DNA of 32,000 nt from Methanothermobacter thermautotrophicus str. Delta H (GCF_000008645.1 NC_000916.1:1110001-1142000), one strand, 5' to 3'; positions 8,817 through 18,132 are shown, counted from the first letter of the stretch. A program made the numbers and translations. The notes: generated from the letters alone by a model not told the origin.

Positions 8817-9977
8817 CTATAATAACTGGTCCAGGCTGTCTCCAACCTTCCTTATCACTTCATCAATTATGATGGACGCAAGTTCCTCCTTTTCCATAAG
8901 GGGAAGCTCGGTTACCATGTCTGAGACAATGATGGCCCGGTTCCTGTCTGAGCCAAAACCCTCAACGGACACGTCGTTGGCAACCACCATATCAACACCT
9001 GATTCCCTTATCTGTTTCCTTGCAGATTCCACCAGTGCCTCATTGTCCACATCATACTCTGCCTTGAATCCAACGATGAACGCTTCAGGATTAATCTCCC
9101 TTGCGATCCCTATTACCTTGGGGTTGGGTCTGAGTTCAACTGAAAACTCCTCTGAGGATGATATCTTTCTCTCAGTGTAGACCGGCTTGAAGTCAGCCAC
9201 TGCAGCCGCAGATATGAATACATCATGATCAGCAACGAGTTCCCTGACCCTTTCGGCCATTTCCTCTGCTGTCTCTGCCCGGAAGGATCTTAACTGTGGG
9301 GGTATCTCCACAGATACGGTGCCGGCCACAACCGTGACATCAGCGCCCTCTATGTAGGCCCTCCTGGCTATGGCGAGACCCATCTTCCCTGAACTCCTGT
9401 TTGTAATCCCTCTGACGGGGTCTATGGGTTCATAGGTCCCCCCAAGACTCACAAGGACCCTTTTACCCTGCAGTCTCTGGCTGGAGGTCTGTCTCATTGC
9501 CTCGAGTACTATGGTGTCAATGTCTGGGAACTTGGCCTTTCCCTCATCCATGCGGGGCTCAATAAAGATAACTCCCTCTTCCTTCAGCCTCATGATATTC
9601 TCGGCTGCGGCGGCATACATGGCCTCATGCATTGATGGCACCATGACAATTGGGGTGCCCATGCCTGATGCTGTGAGGAGGAGGGATGATATGGGGTTAT
9701 CAGCCAGCCTGTATGCCAGTTTACCTATGATGTTGGCTGTTGCCGGCGCCACAAGGATCAGGTCAGCGCCTGCGTATTTAACGTGCTCAATTTCCCCTGT
9801 AAGTTCCAGTACAGGTTTGCTTCCGGTTGCAAATTCCATTGCATAGGGGTGTATTATCCTGCAGGCGTCCTCGCTCATGAAGCACTTAACCTCGGCTCCC
9901 TGCCTCCCAAGCTCCCTTGCAAGCTTCACCGCCTCGATGGCTGCAACACTCCCTGTGACGCACAGTATGATCTCCAT
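8817..9977 (-). CDS. coaBC: Phosphopantothenoylcysteine decarboxylase / phosphopantothenate-cysteine ligase
   Basis: N-term flavoprotein ILCVTGSVAAIEAVKLARELG...VKYADLILVAPATANIIGK-type pattern; C-term synthetase VLVSLGGTYEPIDPVRGITNRSSGKMG...ISAAAVADFKP. Confidence 0.93.
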   Translation of the reverse strand: MEIILCVTGSVAAIEAVKLARELGRQGAEVKCFMSEDACRIIHPYAMEFATGSKPVLELTGEIEHVKYAGADLILVAPATANIIGKLAYRLADNPISSLLLTASGMGTPIVMVPSMHEAMYAAAAENIMRLKEEGVIFIEPRMDEGKAKFPDIDTIVLEAMRQTSSQRLQGKRVLVSLGGTYEPIDPVRGITNRSSGKMGLAIARRAYIEGADVTVVAGTVSVEIPPQLRSFRAETAEEMAERVRELVADHDVFISAAAVADFKPVYTERKISSSEEFSVELRPNPKVIGIAREINPEAFIVGFKAEYDVDNEALVESARKQIRESGVDMVVANDVSVEGFGSDRNRAIIVSDMVTELPLMEKEELASIIIDEVIRKVGDSLDQLL

Positions 9978-9987
9978 GGAATCCCCA

Positions 9988-10485
9988 TCATGTATCATCT
10001 ATAACTACAACCGTCTTCTCACCGGTCAGCATTTCTATTATATTATTGAGGGTTTCCAGTTTGCCAGGCACTCTCCTGGCATCCTCCCTCATGACCCTTA
10101 TCTTGAAGCGTTCTTCCCCATCCTTCCCGAATACAATGTTGATCCCTGATATCCTTGCAGGTGCTAGAACATCCTCTGCAACTGATTTGAGGTCTGATTT
10201 CTCTCCAACGACCCGGACCTTCTTTCCTATGGCCCTTGATATTGCCTTCACAATTTTACCACCCTTGCCTATGAGTTTACCGACCTCACCAGCTTCTGTG
10301 ATTATTATAACTATCCCGTCAAGGTCTATGGCCCTTTTAAATCCCAGTTTACCTTCTCCAATCCTGTATAGAACCTTCGCAATCTCCAGTTCAGTTTGAG
10401 TTACCTCCCCTGTTTTAAGTTTATTTTCACAGCCCTGACATAAAATTCCGCTTTTAAGACAGACATCGCATATTGGCAATACCAT
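9988..10485 (-). CDS. KH-domain RNA-binding protein (NusA/KH-like) with N-terminal CxxC-x7-CxxC
   Basis: MVLPICDVCLKSGILCQGCENKL followed by VGKLIGKGGKIVKAISRAIGKKVRVVGE (GxxG motif). Start at ATG 10485 behind GGAGG. Confidence 0.8.
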   Translation of the reverse strand: MVLPICDVCLKSGILCQGCENKLKTGEVTQTELEIAKVLYRIGEGKLGFKRAIDLDGIVIIITEAGEVGKLIGKGGKIVKAISRAIGKKVRVVGEKSDLKSVAEDVLAPARISGINIVFGKDGEERFKIRVMREDARRVPGKLETLNNIIEMLTGEKTVVVIDDT

Positions 10486-10719
10486 TGCTTCTTCCTCCTT
10501 TTCTTTAGTGGTTACCGTGATTATCGTGAACAAGGTCACACTGTATAATCCAGGTTTAAAAAGCCATTAGCAGCCTTTAAACCTCTGGAGATAAAATAAA
10601 AAGAGCCCGTCTATTTATCACTGCAGCGACCCTATGGTTAATTAATTACTTTGATAAATATAAATTTATAGTTTTGGATGGCAAAAAAATAAGAAGGGAT
10701 TTGGGGGCTGGTGTGAAAA

Positions 10720-11220
10720 TCAGAGGAACCTCAGGGTCCTGACAATGAGGTCGAAGTTCCGGCTCTCGGCATCGAATTTATCTGCCGGAGCTGTGCAAAG
10801 TATCACATAGACCCTTCCATTGTTCTCTATCCATATTGCCCTCTGCTTTTTCTGGATTCCGCTGTCTGTGATGATGTAAAGGTTTTCGATTGCCTGGTAA
10901 CTGCCTATGGTCGTGTTGGTCTCCGAGACTCTCCTGTAACTTGAATTTGTGAAAAGGGCTTCATAATTCGCCCTGTACATGTCGTAAAGGTTCCCCTTGA
11001 GGTCCTTTGACTGGATAACCACAGAGACCTGGGCAAGACCTGAGGAATCAACGGATGATGGGTCTCCAACCGCTGCAACTGTGTCATTGGCCAGTGAATT
11101 CGCTGTTACCCAGTCTGATGGATACTCAAATGAAACGTTATTCCCTGTAAACGTTTTTGTCTGGTTTTCAGAGCCTGCATCCTCTGATGTGCAGCCGGAT
11201 ACAGACACAACCAGGACCAT
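10720..11220 (-). CDS. Predicted lipoprotein, PsbP-like domain; signal peptide apparently displaced by a frameshift
   Basis: VSVSGC lipobox-like start, then FTGNNVSFEYPSDWV...GLAQVSVVIQ. See finding at 11218-11246. Confidence 0.6.
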   Translation of the reverse strand: MVLVVSVSGCTSEDAGSENQTKTFTGNNVSFEYPSDWVTANSLANDTVAAVGDPSSVDSSGLAQVSVVIQSKDLKGNLYDMYRANYEALFTNSSYRRVSETNTTIGSYQAIENLYIITDSGIQKKQRAIWIENNGRVYVILCTAPADKFDAESRNFDLIVRTLRFL

Positions 11221-11259
11221 AAAAGGATTAACATGTACCTCTTCATATCATTAACCTCG

Positions 11260-11874
11260 CTAGGGTGATGATGGCGGATTCTGAGTGCCGCCAGTGCCTC
11301 CTGTCCCCTGGTTATCCTGTGGCGTTGATGGTGTGGATGGCGTTGATGGCGTCTGTGGTGTGGATGGTGTCTGTGGTGTTGTGTTTCCCTGACTGAATGT
11401 TTTATTGGATGTTAAAGTTACATTCTTCGCTGTGTCGTTGGAGGATGGGAAGGCGCTCTCATTCACCGTGACTGTCCCCGTGGCCGGAGTTTCTGGCTGA
11501 ATATTCATGAAGTAAAGACCAAAGCCCGTGCCGAAGAGGAATGCCACCACAAGGACTATGGCCCCTATCAGGGACAGGTTCGGCCTCTTCCTCCTTCTGG
11601 TCTCATCTGTCCTGACATATTTTTCAATGAGCTCCTCTTTCTCTTTCCTGTCCTTCTTTATTCTTGACTCCTCCACCCAGTGGTCAAGGGGCTTTTCAGG
11701 AGTCTCCTGTCCCTGAAGCCTTCTTATGTTCTCCACTGCCTCCAGGGTTTCAAGTTCACGTGTGTACTGTTCCCTGAGTGATCTGTACTCCTTCTCTGAA
11801 ATGTTTCCCTCTTCACGTTCCCTTTCAAGTTTCTTGAGCTGTCTCAGGAGCATTTTCTTATCCTGGCTAATCAT
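11260..11874 (-). CDS. Coiled-coil, single-pass membrane protein with Thr/Ser/Pro-rich C-terminal tail
   Basis: MISQDKKMLLRQLKKLEREREEGNISEKEYRSLREQY coiled coil; TM LSLIGAIVLVVAFLFGTGFGLYF; tail TPQTPSTPQTPSTPSTPSTPQ. Start trimmed to ATG 11874 behind AGGAG. Confidence 0.6.
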   Translation of the reverse strand: MISQDKKMLLRQLKKLEREREEGNISEKEYRSLREQYTRELETLEAVENIRRLQGQETPEKPLDHWVEESRIKKDRKEKEELIEKYVRTDETRRRKRPNLSLIGAIVLVVAFLFGTGFGLYFMNIQPETPATGTVTVNESAFPSSNDTAKNVTLTSNKTFSQGNTTPQTPSTPQTPSTPSTPSTPQDNQGTGGTGGTQNPPSSP

Positions 11875-12023
11875 CACCATCTCCTGAATTAAATCCGTGA
11901 TAATAAACGGATCTATATTGTACTCACCAGTATATAAATTTACAGAGTGCCGCGCCACACCCTTAAAATGACCCGCCCATTGCTCTTACTCACGTTTTAA
12001 TCTCCTTTGAGGATCAGAATTAA

Positions 12024-12842
12024 TCAATAATCAGTCATTTCAGGGTATGAACCCAGAATCTTGAAGAATGGGGTCCTATCAGATATACTCCTGAGTATGT
12101 CCATTACATGCGGGTCCTTCCGGTGCCCCTGGAAATCCACAAAGAATATGTACTTGCCAAGACCCCTCTTTGATGGGCGGGACTCTATCTTGGTGAGGTT
12201 GACTCCCGCATCTGCGAAGAAGCCCAGGATCTCATGGAGTCCCCCTGGTTTATCCTCTGATAGTGAGAAGACTATGGAGGTCTTATCCCTTCCTGTTGGT
12301 TCATGGTCACCCTCTGAAAGGACTATGAACCTTGTGAAGTTGGGGTCAAAGTCCTGGATGTTCTCTGCAATCACCTCGAGGCCATATATATCCGCAGCCC
12401 TTCTCGTTCCTATGGCCGCGCACTCCCTCCTCCCCATTATGGTCCTTGCAGCTGCAGCCGTGCTTGGTGTTGAGTGTGTTGAGACCCCAAGTTTCTCCAG
12501 AAATCCTCTGCACTGTGCAAGGGACTGGGGATGGGAGTAGACCTCCCGGATCTCATTCAGGGAGACACCCCTGTTAACGAGGAGGTTGTGCCTTACACGG
12601 AGTATTATCTCCCCCTCTATGCAGAGATCATATTCCCAGGCAAGGAGGTCAAGGGTGACCCCCACCGGGCCCTCTATTGAGTTTTCGATAGGTACAACAC
12701 CCCTTGAGGCCACTCCGGTTGCCACTGCGCCCAGCACCTCGAGTATTGAGTCGAAGGGGATGAGTTCCTCACCGACCCTCCGGGCTGCCTCCTCTGTGAA
12801 TGTCCCCTCAGGGCCCAGATAGGCTATGGGAAGAGATCTCAG
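12024..12842 (-). CDS. pheA: Prephenate dehydratase with C-terminal ACT domain; probable CTG start
   Basis: GVVPIENSIEGPVG, HPQSLAQC, NFTRFIVL, ESRPSKRGLGKYIFFVDFQGH. The conserved N-term IAYLGPEGTFTEEAARRVG lies in frame upstream of the ORF-track start at 12737; an in-frame TAA and no ATG/GTG/TTG precede it. Confidence 0.85.
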   Translation of the reverse strand: MRSLPIAYLGPEGTFTEEAARRVGEELIPFDSILEVLGAVATGVASRGVVPIENSIEGPVGVTLDLLAWEYDLCIEGEIILRVRHNLLVNRGVSLNEIREVYSHPQSLAQCRGFLEKLGVSTHSTPSTAAAARTIMGRRECAAIGTRRAADIYGLEVIAENIQDFDPNFTRFIVLSEGDHEPTGRDKTSIVFSLSEDKPGGLHEILGFFADAGVNLTKIESRPSKRGLGKYIFFVDFQGHRKDPHVMDILRSISDRTPFFKILGSYPEMTDY

Positions 12843-13984
12843 TAGAGACCCCCCTTAAGGTAGTTGTTTATCCTGTCTGTTGTTGACTGATAGAATCGCC
12901 TTATGGTTGCCCTGCCGTCACGGTAATCTGCAAGGGTGGCTGAGACCCCCAGACGGACAAGGTGACGTATGAATTCCTCTGCCGCCTCCCGGTCCTCAAC
13001 GTCGATGACCGTGTCCTCATAGGCTGCCTCACCAGCTGATATGCTCTTTATCCTCTCAAGCATGGGGTATATTATTGCCTCCCCGAGGCGGCGTGCCCTT
13101 TCACGGGTTTCATCATCCGATTCATCGAGTTCATAGGCCTGGAAGCCCTCCCTTATGACTCTGCTGAAGAAGAAGGGTCTTCCGAAGTCGAAGGGGTAGC
13201 TGAAGGCGTATGCGAGTTCACGTGCATGGGCCTGTGATGAGGTGTACTTGAGGGGAGGCACCTCCATGCTGGGGTCCTTCATAACCACACCCTCCCTTCC
13301 AGCCATTCCCAGGGCCCTTATTATATCCGCGACCTCACTGGCGGCCTCCTCAATGGGGTAGACCCCAAAGAGGCGCACATTAGGAAGTCCATAGGAATCC
13401 AGGAGCGCCCTCCTCTCTTCAACAGGGAGGGGTCTGTTCGTGTTCTTCTCCCTCAGATCGAATACCCTGAATCCGAGGGGTCCGACCTCAGGGTAGTCCT
13501 GTGAAACATAGGGGTTGTCCCTTCCAATCATCTCTCCACATATAACAAGGTCCGGGTGTTCCCTGAAGAATTCAGAAAGGTCAAGGAGCTCCTGGGCCTT
13601 TCGGGTGGTGAATGGGCAGACATGGCCCCCCCTTGTGAGTGCAACGGTTTCTCCCGATGATAGGCATGCTATACGGACATTGTAGCCGTTCATCTTTTCC
13701 TCTACAGCAACCCTGTCCCTGAAGTGTTCCTGGATGGTGGGTGAGAGTAGCAGTGTCCTCCTTATCTTTGGAAATCCCCTTATGACCTCAGTTTCATCTC
13801 CAAGGTAGATCACCGTCCCTGCCTCCAGGTCCCCCAGGGGCTTCTTGAAGAGGAGGGCCTGCATACCCGCAGATTCAAGTAGCCTCAGGCTCCCCCGGGC
13901 AAATGCAACCTTTAACCTGGAGGATGGTACTCCTGTCCTTTCCTGGATCAGATCGAAGGGGATGTCACTGTTCATTGAATTCAC
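12839..13984 (-). CDS. ATP-dependent RNA ligase, Rnl3 family
   Basis: Nucleotidyltransferase motif I EEKMNGYNVR with Lys at residue 97; motif IV EGVVMKDP; motif V PLKYTSS. Lys97 matches the known MthRnl active-site numbering. Confidence 0.92.
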   Translation of the reverse strand: MNSMNSDIPFDLIQERTGVPSSRLKVAFARGSLRLLESAGMQALLFKKPLGDLEAGTVIYLGDETEVIRGFPKIRRTLLLSPTIQEHFRDRVAVEEKMNGYNVRIACLSSGETVALTRGGHVCPFTTRKAQELLDLSEFFREHPDLVICGEMIGRDNPYVSQDYPEVGPLGFRVFDLREKNTNRPLPVEERRALLDSYGLPNVRLFGVYPIEEAASEVADIIRALGMAGREGVVMKDPSMEVPPLKYTSSQAHARELAYAFSYPFDFGRPFFFSRVIREGFQAYELDESDDETRERARRLGEAIIYPMLERIKSISAGEAAYEDTVIDVEDREAAEEFIRHLVRLGVSATLADYRDGRATIRRFYQSTTDRINNYLKGGLY

Positions 13985-14010
13985 TTGAGACGTCTTAAAA
14001 AAAAGGAGGT

Positions 14011-14829
14011 TTAGAAGACACCCTCTATCTCAACTATGAGGTCAAGGATGTCTGTCTTCGTTACTATACCCTCAACTTCCTGTTTGATTACAGGGAATCC
14101 CCCGTAGCCTGTCTCCAGCATGAGTGATGCCACTTCAGTTACCGGAGTCTCCTCCTCAATGGTCCTCACGTTCTGTTTCATTATATCCTCCACGAGGAGG
14201 TTTCTTATCCTTGAGGGTTTGTGCCTGTCCGGGACGAGCTTTCTGAAGTTTATGACGGCCCTTGTCATGTCCCTGGCTGTGAGTATTCCTGCAAGTTCGT
14301 CCTCCTCCATGACCAGCAGGCGGCCTATGCCTGCGTCGATCATTATCCTCCTTGCATGGACGACCCTCTCTGCCGGGGACACCGTTATCATCTCTGTGCT
14401 CATGACATCGGCTGCAGTGTACTTCTCATAGGCCCTTCCCCTGCAGATGTCAAGGAGGTCTGATTTTGTGACTATACCCATGATTTCACCGTCATGGAGA
14501 ACCGGAAGGCTTCCGATGTTGTTTTCGAGCATTACGCTTGCTGCGTTTCCGGCGTCCATGTCTGGCTCTGCGGTTATGAGTTCCGGTGTCATGACCGTTG
14601 AGACATGGAAGTGGGAGGGTGCCATGTTGCCGTACCTTGAGGATCCGAGTTTGAGTGCTATGTCCTTCTCGGTAACTATACCAACAAGTTCCCTCTCATG
14701 GTCGCTGTTGGTGTTTATAACGAGGAGCCTTGAGACGTTCCTTTTATCCATGAGTCTCAGGGCGTCACATATGTTCTGATCCTTATCGATGCAGACAGGA
14801 TCCTCTGACATGATGTTTTTGATTATCAT
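14011..14829 (-). CDS. Four-CBS-domain protein
   Basis: Repeated motifs IMSEDPVCIDKDQ...GIVTEKDI, VMTPELITAEPD...GIVTKSDLL, VMSTEMITVSPAERV...GILTARDM, IMKQNVRTIEEETPV...GIVTKTDIL. Start ATG 14829 or GTG 14838. Confidence 0.88.
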   Translation of the reverse strand: MIIKNIMSEDPVCIDKDQNICDALRLMDKRNVSRLLVINTNSDHERELVGIVTEKDIALKLGSSRYGNMAPSHFHVSTVMTPELITAEPDMDAGNAASVMLENNIGSLPVLHDGEIMGIVTKSDLLDICRGRAYEKYTAADVMSTEMITVSPAERVVHARRIMIDAGIGRLLVMEEDELAGILTARDMTRAVINFRKLVPDRHKPSRIRNLLVEDIMKQNVRTIEEETPVTEVASLMLETGYGGFPVIKQEVEGIVTKTDILDLIVEIEGVF

Positions 14830-14838
14830 ACTCTCCAC

Positions 14839-15675
14839 CTACTGGATTCCGCTTATTATATCTGTTTTTGTTATTATCCCCACCAGTTCATCGTCCTCAA
14901 CCACTGGAAGGCCGCTTATACCGTTTTCAAGCATCATGGCTGCTGCGCTGGATGCATCCACAGATGGTTCCACCTTTATCACGTCCTCAGTCATTATGTC
15001 CCCTGCTGTTAGCATCGCGATGGTACGGACCCTTTTCTTCTCCTCTGAGGTTCTGCTTATGAAGTAGACCCTCTCGACGGGTATGCCCCTCTCAGGGTCC
15101 TCGAAGGTTGCGAATGAGAGGTTCTCTGAGGTTATTATCCCCTCAACTGCGCCGTTATCTGTTACGACCACCCTTGAGATGTTGTTCTCCTCCATGACGC
15201 CTATCACATGGGACAGTGTGTGGTTGGGTGTCACCGTTTTAACGTCCTCTGTCATGAGGTCCCTCACCTTCCATCTGCCGGCGCATCTGTCCTTGAAGAA
15301 CCTGAGAAGGTCCTTCTTGGTTACTATGCCTGCAAGTTCCTCTCCATCCATTACAAGGAGGGACCCCACATTCTTCCTGAGCATGAGCTCCGCTGCATCC
15401 CTGGGGGTGTCATTAACATTCACGGTTACGGGGTTCTCTGTCATCACCCTCCTTATGGAGATCTTATCTATTGGTCTCCTCCTCCAGTCGGGGCCGTTAA
15501 CCCGGAGTTTTCTGGTTATATCGGTCTCAGTCACTATGCCGACCGGTTTACCATCTGCATCAACAACCACGACCCTGCTTATCCCGTGTCTCAGCATGAG
15601 GTTCCTTGCATAGGCAACCTGCTGTGTCTCATCCATGACGATGACTTCATCTGTCATTATGCTCCCTATATCCAC
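14839..15675 (-). CDS. Four-CBS-domain protein
   Basis: IMTDEVIVMDE...GIVTETDI; VMTENPVTVNVND...GIVTKKDLL; LMTEDVKTVTPN...GIITSENL; IMTEDVIKVEPS...GIITKTDII. Start GTG 15675 or GTG 15684. Confidence 0.88.
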   Translation of the reverse strand: MDIGSIMTDEVIVMDETQQVAYARNLMLRHGISRVVVVDADGKPVGIVTETDITRKLRVNGPDWRRRPIDKISIRRVMTENPVTVNVNDTPRDAAELMLRKNVGSLLVMDGEELAGIVTKKDLLRFFKDRCAGRWKVRDLMTEDVKTVTPNHTLSHVIGVMEENNISRVVVTDNGAVEGIITSENLSFATFEDPERGIPVERVYFISRTSEEKKRVRTIAMLTAGDIMTEDVIKVEPSVDASSAAAMMLENGISGLPVVEDDELVGIITKTDIISGIQ

Positions 15676-15684
15676 TGTAACCAC

Positions 15685-16626
15685 CTACCCTGCTATTGCC
15701 CTCAGTAAGTCGCTTTCAGTTATTATTCCTGTCAGTTCCCCGTAGTCCACCACGGGAAGTCCTCCTATTCCATGTTCCTCCATGAGCTCACATACCCTTC
15801 CTAGGGGTGTTGTGGATGTTACCATGCAGACCTGTGTCTCCATGATCTCGTTTACAGGTGTTGAGAGGACCTCCTCGGCACTGTTGGTTTTCATTGCACT
15901 GAAGGCCTGGTTCCTTCCAAGGAACTCGAGTATGTCAGTGGATGTCACTATCCCGACAAGTTTTTCCTCCTCAGGGTGTGGAGTTTTTCTCTCCTCGCCA
16001 AGAACAGGTATCCTCCTTAGCCTGTTCCTCACCATTATCTTTGAGGCGCCCTCTATGGGTGTTCCTGGTGTTGTGCTTATCACATCTGCTGTCATGTGCT
16101 CCTCTGTCACCTCATCATTGAATACTCCTGCCATGAGAAGCACGAAGTCCCTCTCAGATACTATGCCGGCTATCTTCTCGTCATCATCAACTACCGGTAG
16201 TGCGCCGACGCTGTTCTCAAGCATCATGCTCACTGCATCTGCAATTGAGTCCCTGGTGGTTATGCTGATGACGTCCCGGGTCATGATACTTTTAACGGGT
16301 TCGTTGACAGCTGCAAGGAAGTTATCATCATATTTTTTATCGATGATCTTGGATTTATCTCCCCCTCCTAAAAAGTCCAGGATATCCATGGCCGTGACTA
16401 TCCCCTGGAGCTTACCTGTCCCGGGGTTTGTTATTGGAAGCCTCCTGAATTTGTTCTTAACCATTATCTCCGCTGCTTCTTTGATGGTGGCTGTCTGTGG
16501 TATGGAAATAACTTCCTTCCTGGCGATGGCCATCACATCGCCTTCATGGTCGAAGTTTCTGCTCTCGAATTCGACGGGACCACGGTCCCTAGACTTTACC
16601 AGGTTTATGGTGTCTTTTTTTCTCAT
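15685..16626 (-). CDS. Four-CBS-domain protein with extra N-terminal segment
   Basis: Four repeats ending GIVTAMDIL, GIVSERDF, GIVTSTDIL, GIITESDLL; ATG 16626 behind GAGAGGTG. Confidence 0.88.
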   Translation of the reverse strand: MRKKDTINLVKSRDRGPVEFESRNFDHEGDVMAIARKEVISIPQTATIKEAAEIMVKNKFRRLPITNPGTGKLQGIVTAMDILDFLGGGDKSKIIDKKYDDNFLAAVNEPVKSIMTRDVISITTRDSIADAVSMMLENSVGALPVVDDDEKIAGIVSERDFVLLMAGVFNDEVTEEHMTADVISTTPGTPIEGASKIMVRNRLRRIPVLGEERKTPHPEEEKLVGIVTSTDILEFLGRNQAFSAMKTNSAEEVLSTPVNEIMETQVCMVTSTTPLGRVCELMEEHGIGGLPVVDYGELTGIITESDLLRAIAG

Positions 16627-16647
16627 TTACACACCTCTCTGGGAGAT

Positions 16648-16668
16648 ATACTTACATGAAGTAAGTAT
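16648..16668. promoter_or_regulatory. Candidate operator palindrome upstream of the CBS/ligase/pheA gene run
   Basis: ATACTTAC-atgaa-GTAAGTAT, perfect 8-bp arms, 21 nt upstream of the ATG at 16626 and downstream of an AT-rich TATA-like region (16680-16700). Confidence 0.5.
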
Positions 16669-16746
16669 CGTTATTACTTAAAATAATTTTATTAATAAAA
16701 ACTGGGTTCTGGATGATGGGTCCTTCTCTTATCATGGGCCACCATT

Positions 16747-17565
16747 TCACTTGATGTAGGCTTTGAGGACGTCCTCCCTGGAGACTATGCCCAGAAGATC
16801 GGCTTCCTTCACCATGCTGGGGTCACTCTTTATGAACACCGGCTTCTCAACCACGGGGATCCTGCCGATGTCCCTCTCCAGCATCAGAAAAGCAGCTTTT
16901 TCAGAAGGCGTATCTGGTGTTATGGCTATGGGTGGTGTCTTCATTATCTTCTCAACCGCCACTGATCTCACATCCCCGGACTCCCTGTGAATCCTGGCAT
17001 GGCCGTACCTTATGAGGTCCTTCCTTGTTATGATACCTATCAGTTTGCCGTTCTTCATCACCGGAAGCCCTGAAAATCCTGATTCATCCATCTTATCCCA
17101 TACAGCTGATACAGGGTCGCTGTGCTGGCAGGTGACAGGTTCAGGTGTCATTATCTCCATCACAGGACTCTTAACTGGTTCATATCCCTTTTCAAGGAAC
17201 CCTGAAATGAAGTCTATGGTACTGACTATCCCGACAAGTTTCATGCTCTCTGTTGACTCAACCACCGGGGCCTGTATTTCACCCGCCCTCACCAGGTCGG
17301 CTGCAGCCTTCATTGCCTCCATTTCAGGGGTCAGGATAAGCTTGGGCCTTTCCATTATTCCCCTTGCCTCAAGGTTGGACTTTGTCGCTGTGATGTTAAG
17401 CACATCACCCCGGGTTATAATACCTCTCAGTTTTTCCCCGGCGACTACAGGGACGCACCTGAAATCCTCATCCCTTAAAATAGATCTTACTCTTGTGGCG
17501 GCGGTTTCAAGTGAGACTGAGACAGGATTTAATGTCATTACGTCTCTTACAAACAAATCATTCAC
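16747..17565 (-). CDS. Four-CBS-domain protein
   Basis: [12 protein letters not shown]...GIITRGDVL; [12 protein letters not shown]...GIVSTIDF; [12 protein letters not shown]...GIITRKDLI; [12 protein letters not shown]...GIVSREDVL. Confidence 0.87.
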   Translation of the reverse strand: MNDLFVRDVMTLNPVSVSLETAATRVRSILRDEDFRCVPVVAGEKLRGIITRGDVLNITATKSNLEARGIMERPKLILTPEMEAMKAAADLVRAGEIQAPVVESTESMKLVGIVSTIDFISGFLEKGYEPVKSPVMEIMTPEPVTCQHSDPVSAVWDKMDESGFSGLPVMKNGKLIGIITRKDLIRYGHARIHRESGDVRSVAVEKIMKTPPIAITPDTPSEKAAFLMLERDIGRIPVVEKPVFIKSDPSMVKEADLLGIVSREDVLKAYIK

Positions 17566-18121
17566 CCTCTAAGTCCTCTTTACACTCCTCACATATGTAT
17601 TTACCGTCGTACTCCTCAAGGTACTCCTCAAAGTTGCCGCAAATCTCACAGACACCTGGAACTGACCTCTCATTTTCAGGTAGCTGTACCCTGTTCTCCT
17701 CAATCCTTGCATTCTCAACAAGGATCTCTGTGAGTTCCGGGGCCACCATCATGACGTCGGAGGATGTCAGGATCCCGACGAGCGCGCCGTCCCTGACCAC
17801 CGGAAGCCTCCTTATGCTGTTCTTGGCCATCAGCCTCGCTGCTTCGCTGAGCTCCCTGTCAGGTTCTATGCTTATAAGGTTGCGGGTCATTACCTCCCCC
17901 ACTGTAACCTCACTGGCCCGCAGGTCTCTGGAAACAACCTTCCTTATGATGTCGCTCTCGGTGATGAGTCCCTCTGGTTCGGAGTTGCTCTTGACGATGA
18001 TGCTTCCAACCTTCTTTTCGGTCATTATTGATGCTGCTTCTGCAACGCTGATGCCAGGGTCTGCTGTTATAACATTCGATGTCATGGCATCATGGACTGT
18101 AACCTTTGTTTCCATTTCCAT
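17558..18121 (-). CDS. Two-CBS-domain protein with C-terminal zinc-ribbon-like domain
   Basis: [13 protein letters not shown]...GLITESDI; [12 protein letters not shown]...GILTSSDV; then [26 protein letters not shown] (CxxC...CxxC). Confidence 0.88.
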   Translation of the reverse strand: MEMETKVTVHDAMTSNVITADPGISVAEAASIMTEKKVGSIIVKSNSEPEGLITESDIIRKVVSRDLRASEVTVGEVMTRNLISIEPDRELSEAARLMAKNSIRRLPVVRDGALVGILTSSDVMMVAPELTEILVENARIEENRVQLPENERSVPGVCEICGNFEEYLEEYDGKYICEECKEDLEGE

Positions 18122-18132
18122 CTGAAAACCTC

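Noticed and set aside
8869-9180. Antisense ORFs over coaBC (8869-9180, 9511-9846, 9783-10004)
   Set aside because: They fully overlap conserved coaBC coding sequence and show no motifs.
11341-11440. Tandem-like ggcgttgatggtgt... DNA repeat
   Set aside because: Explained by the coding low-complexity Thr/Ser/Pro tail (TPQTPSTPSTP) of the membrane protein, not an independent repeat element.
15782-16681. Long + strand ORF (299 aa) opposite a CBS gene; similar antisense ORFs at 14789-15067, 15083-15613, 15208-15708, 17012-17572 and 17493-18125
   Set aside because: Ser/Met/Leu/Thr-rich translations without recognisable domains, exactly antisense to well supported CBS repeats. This is the expected mirror of codon bias in the CBS genes.
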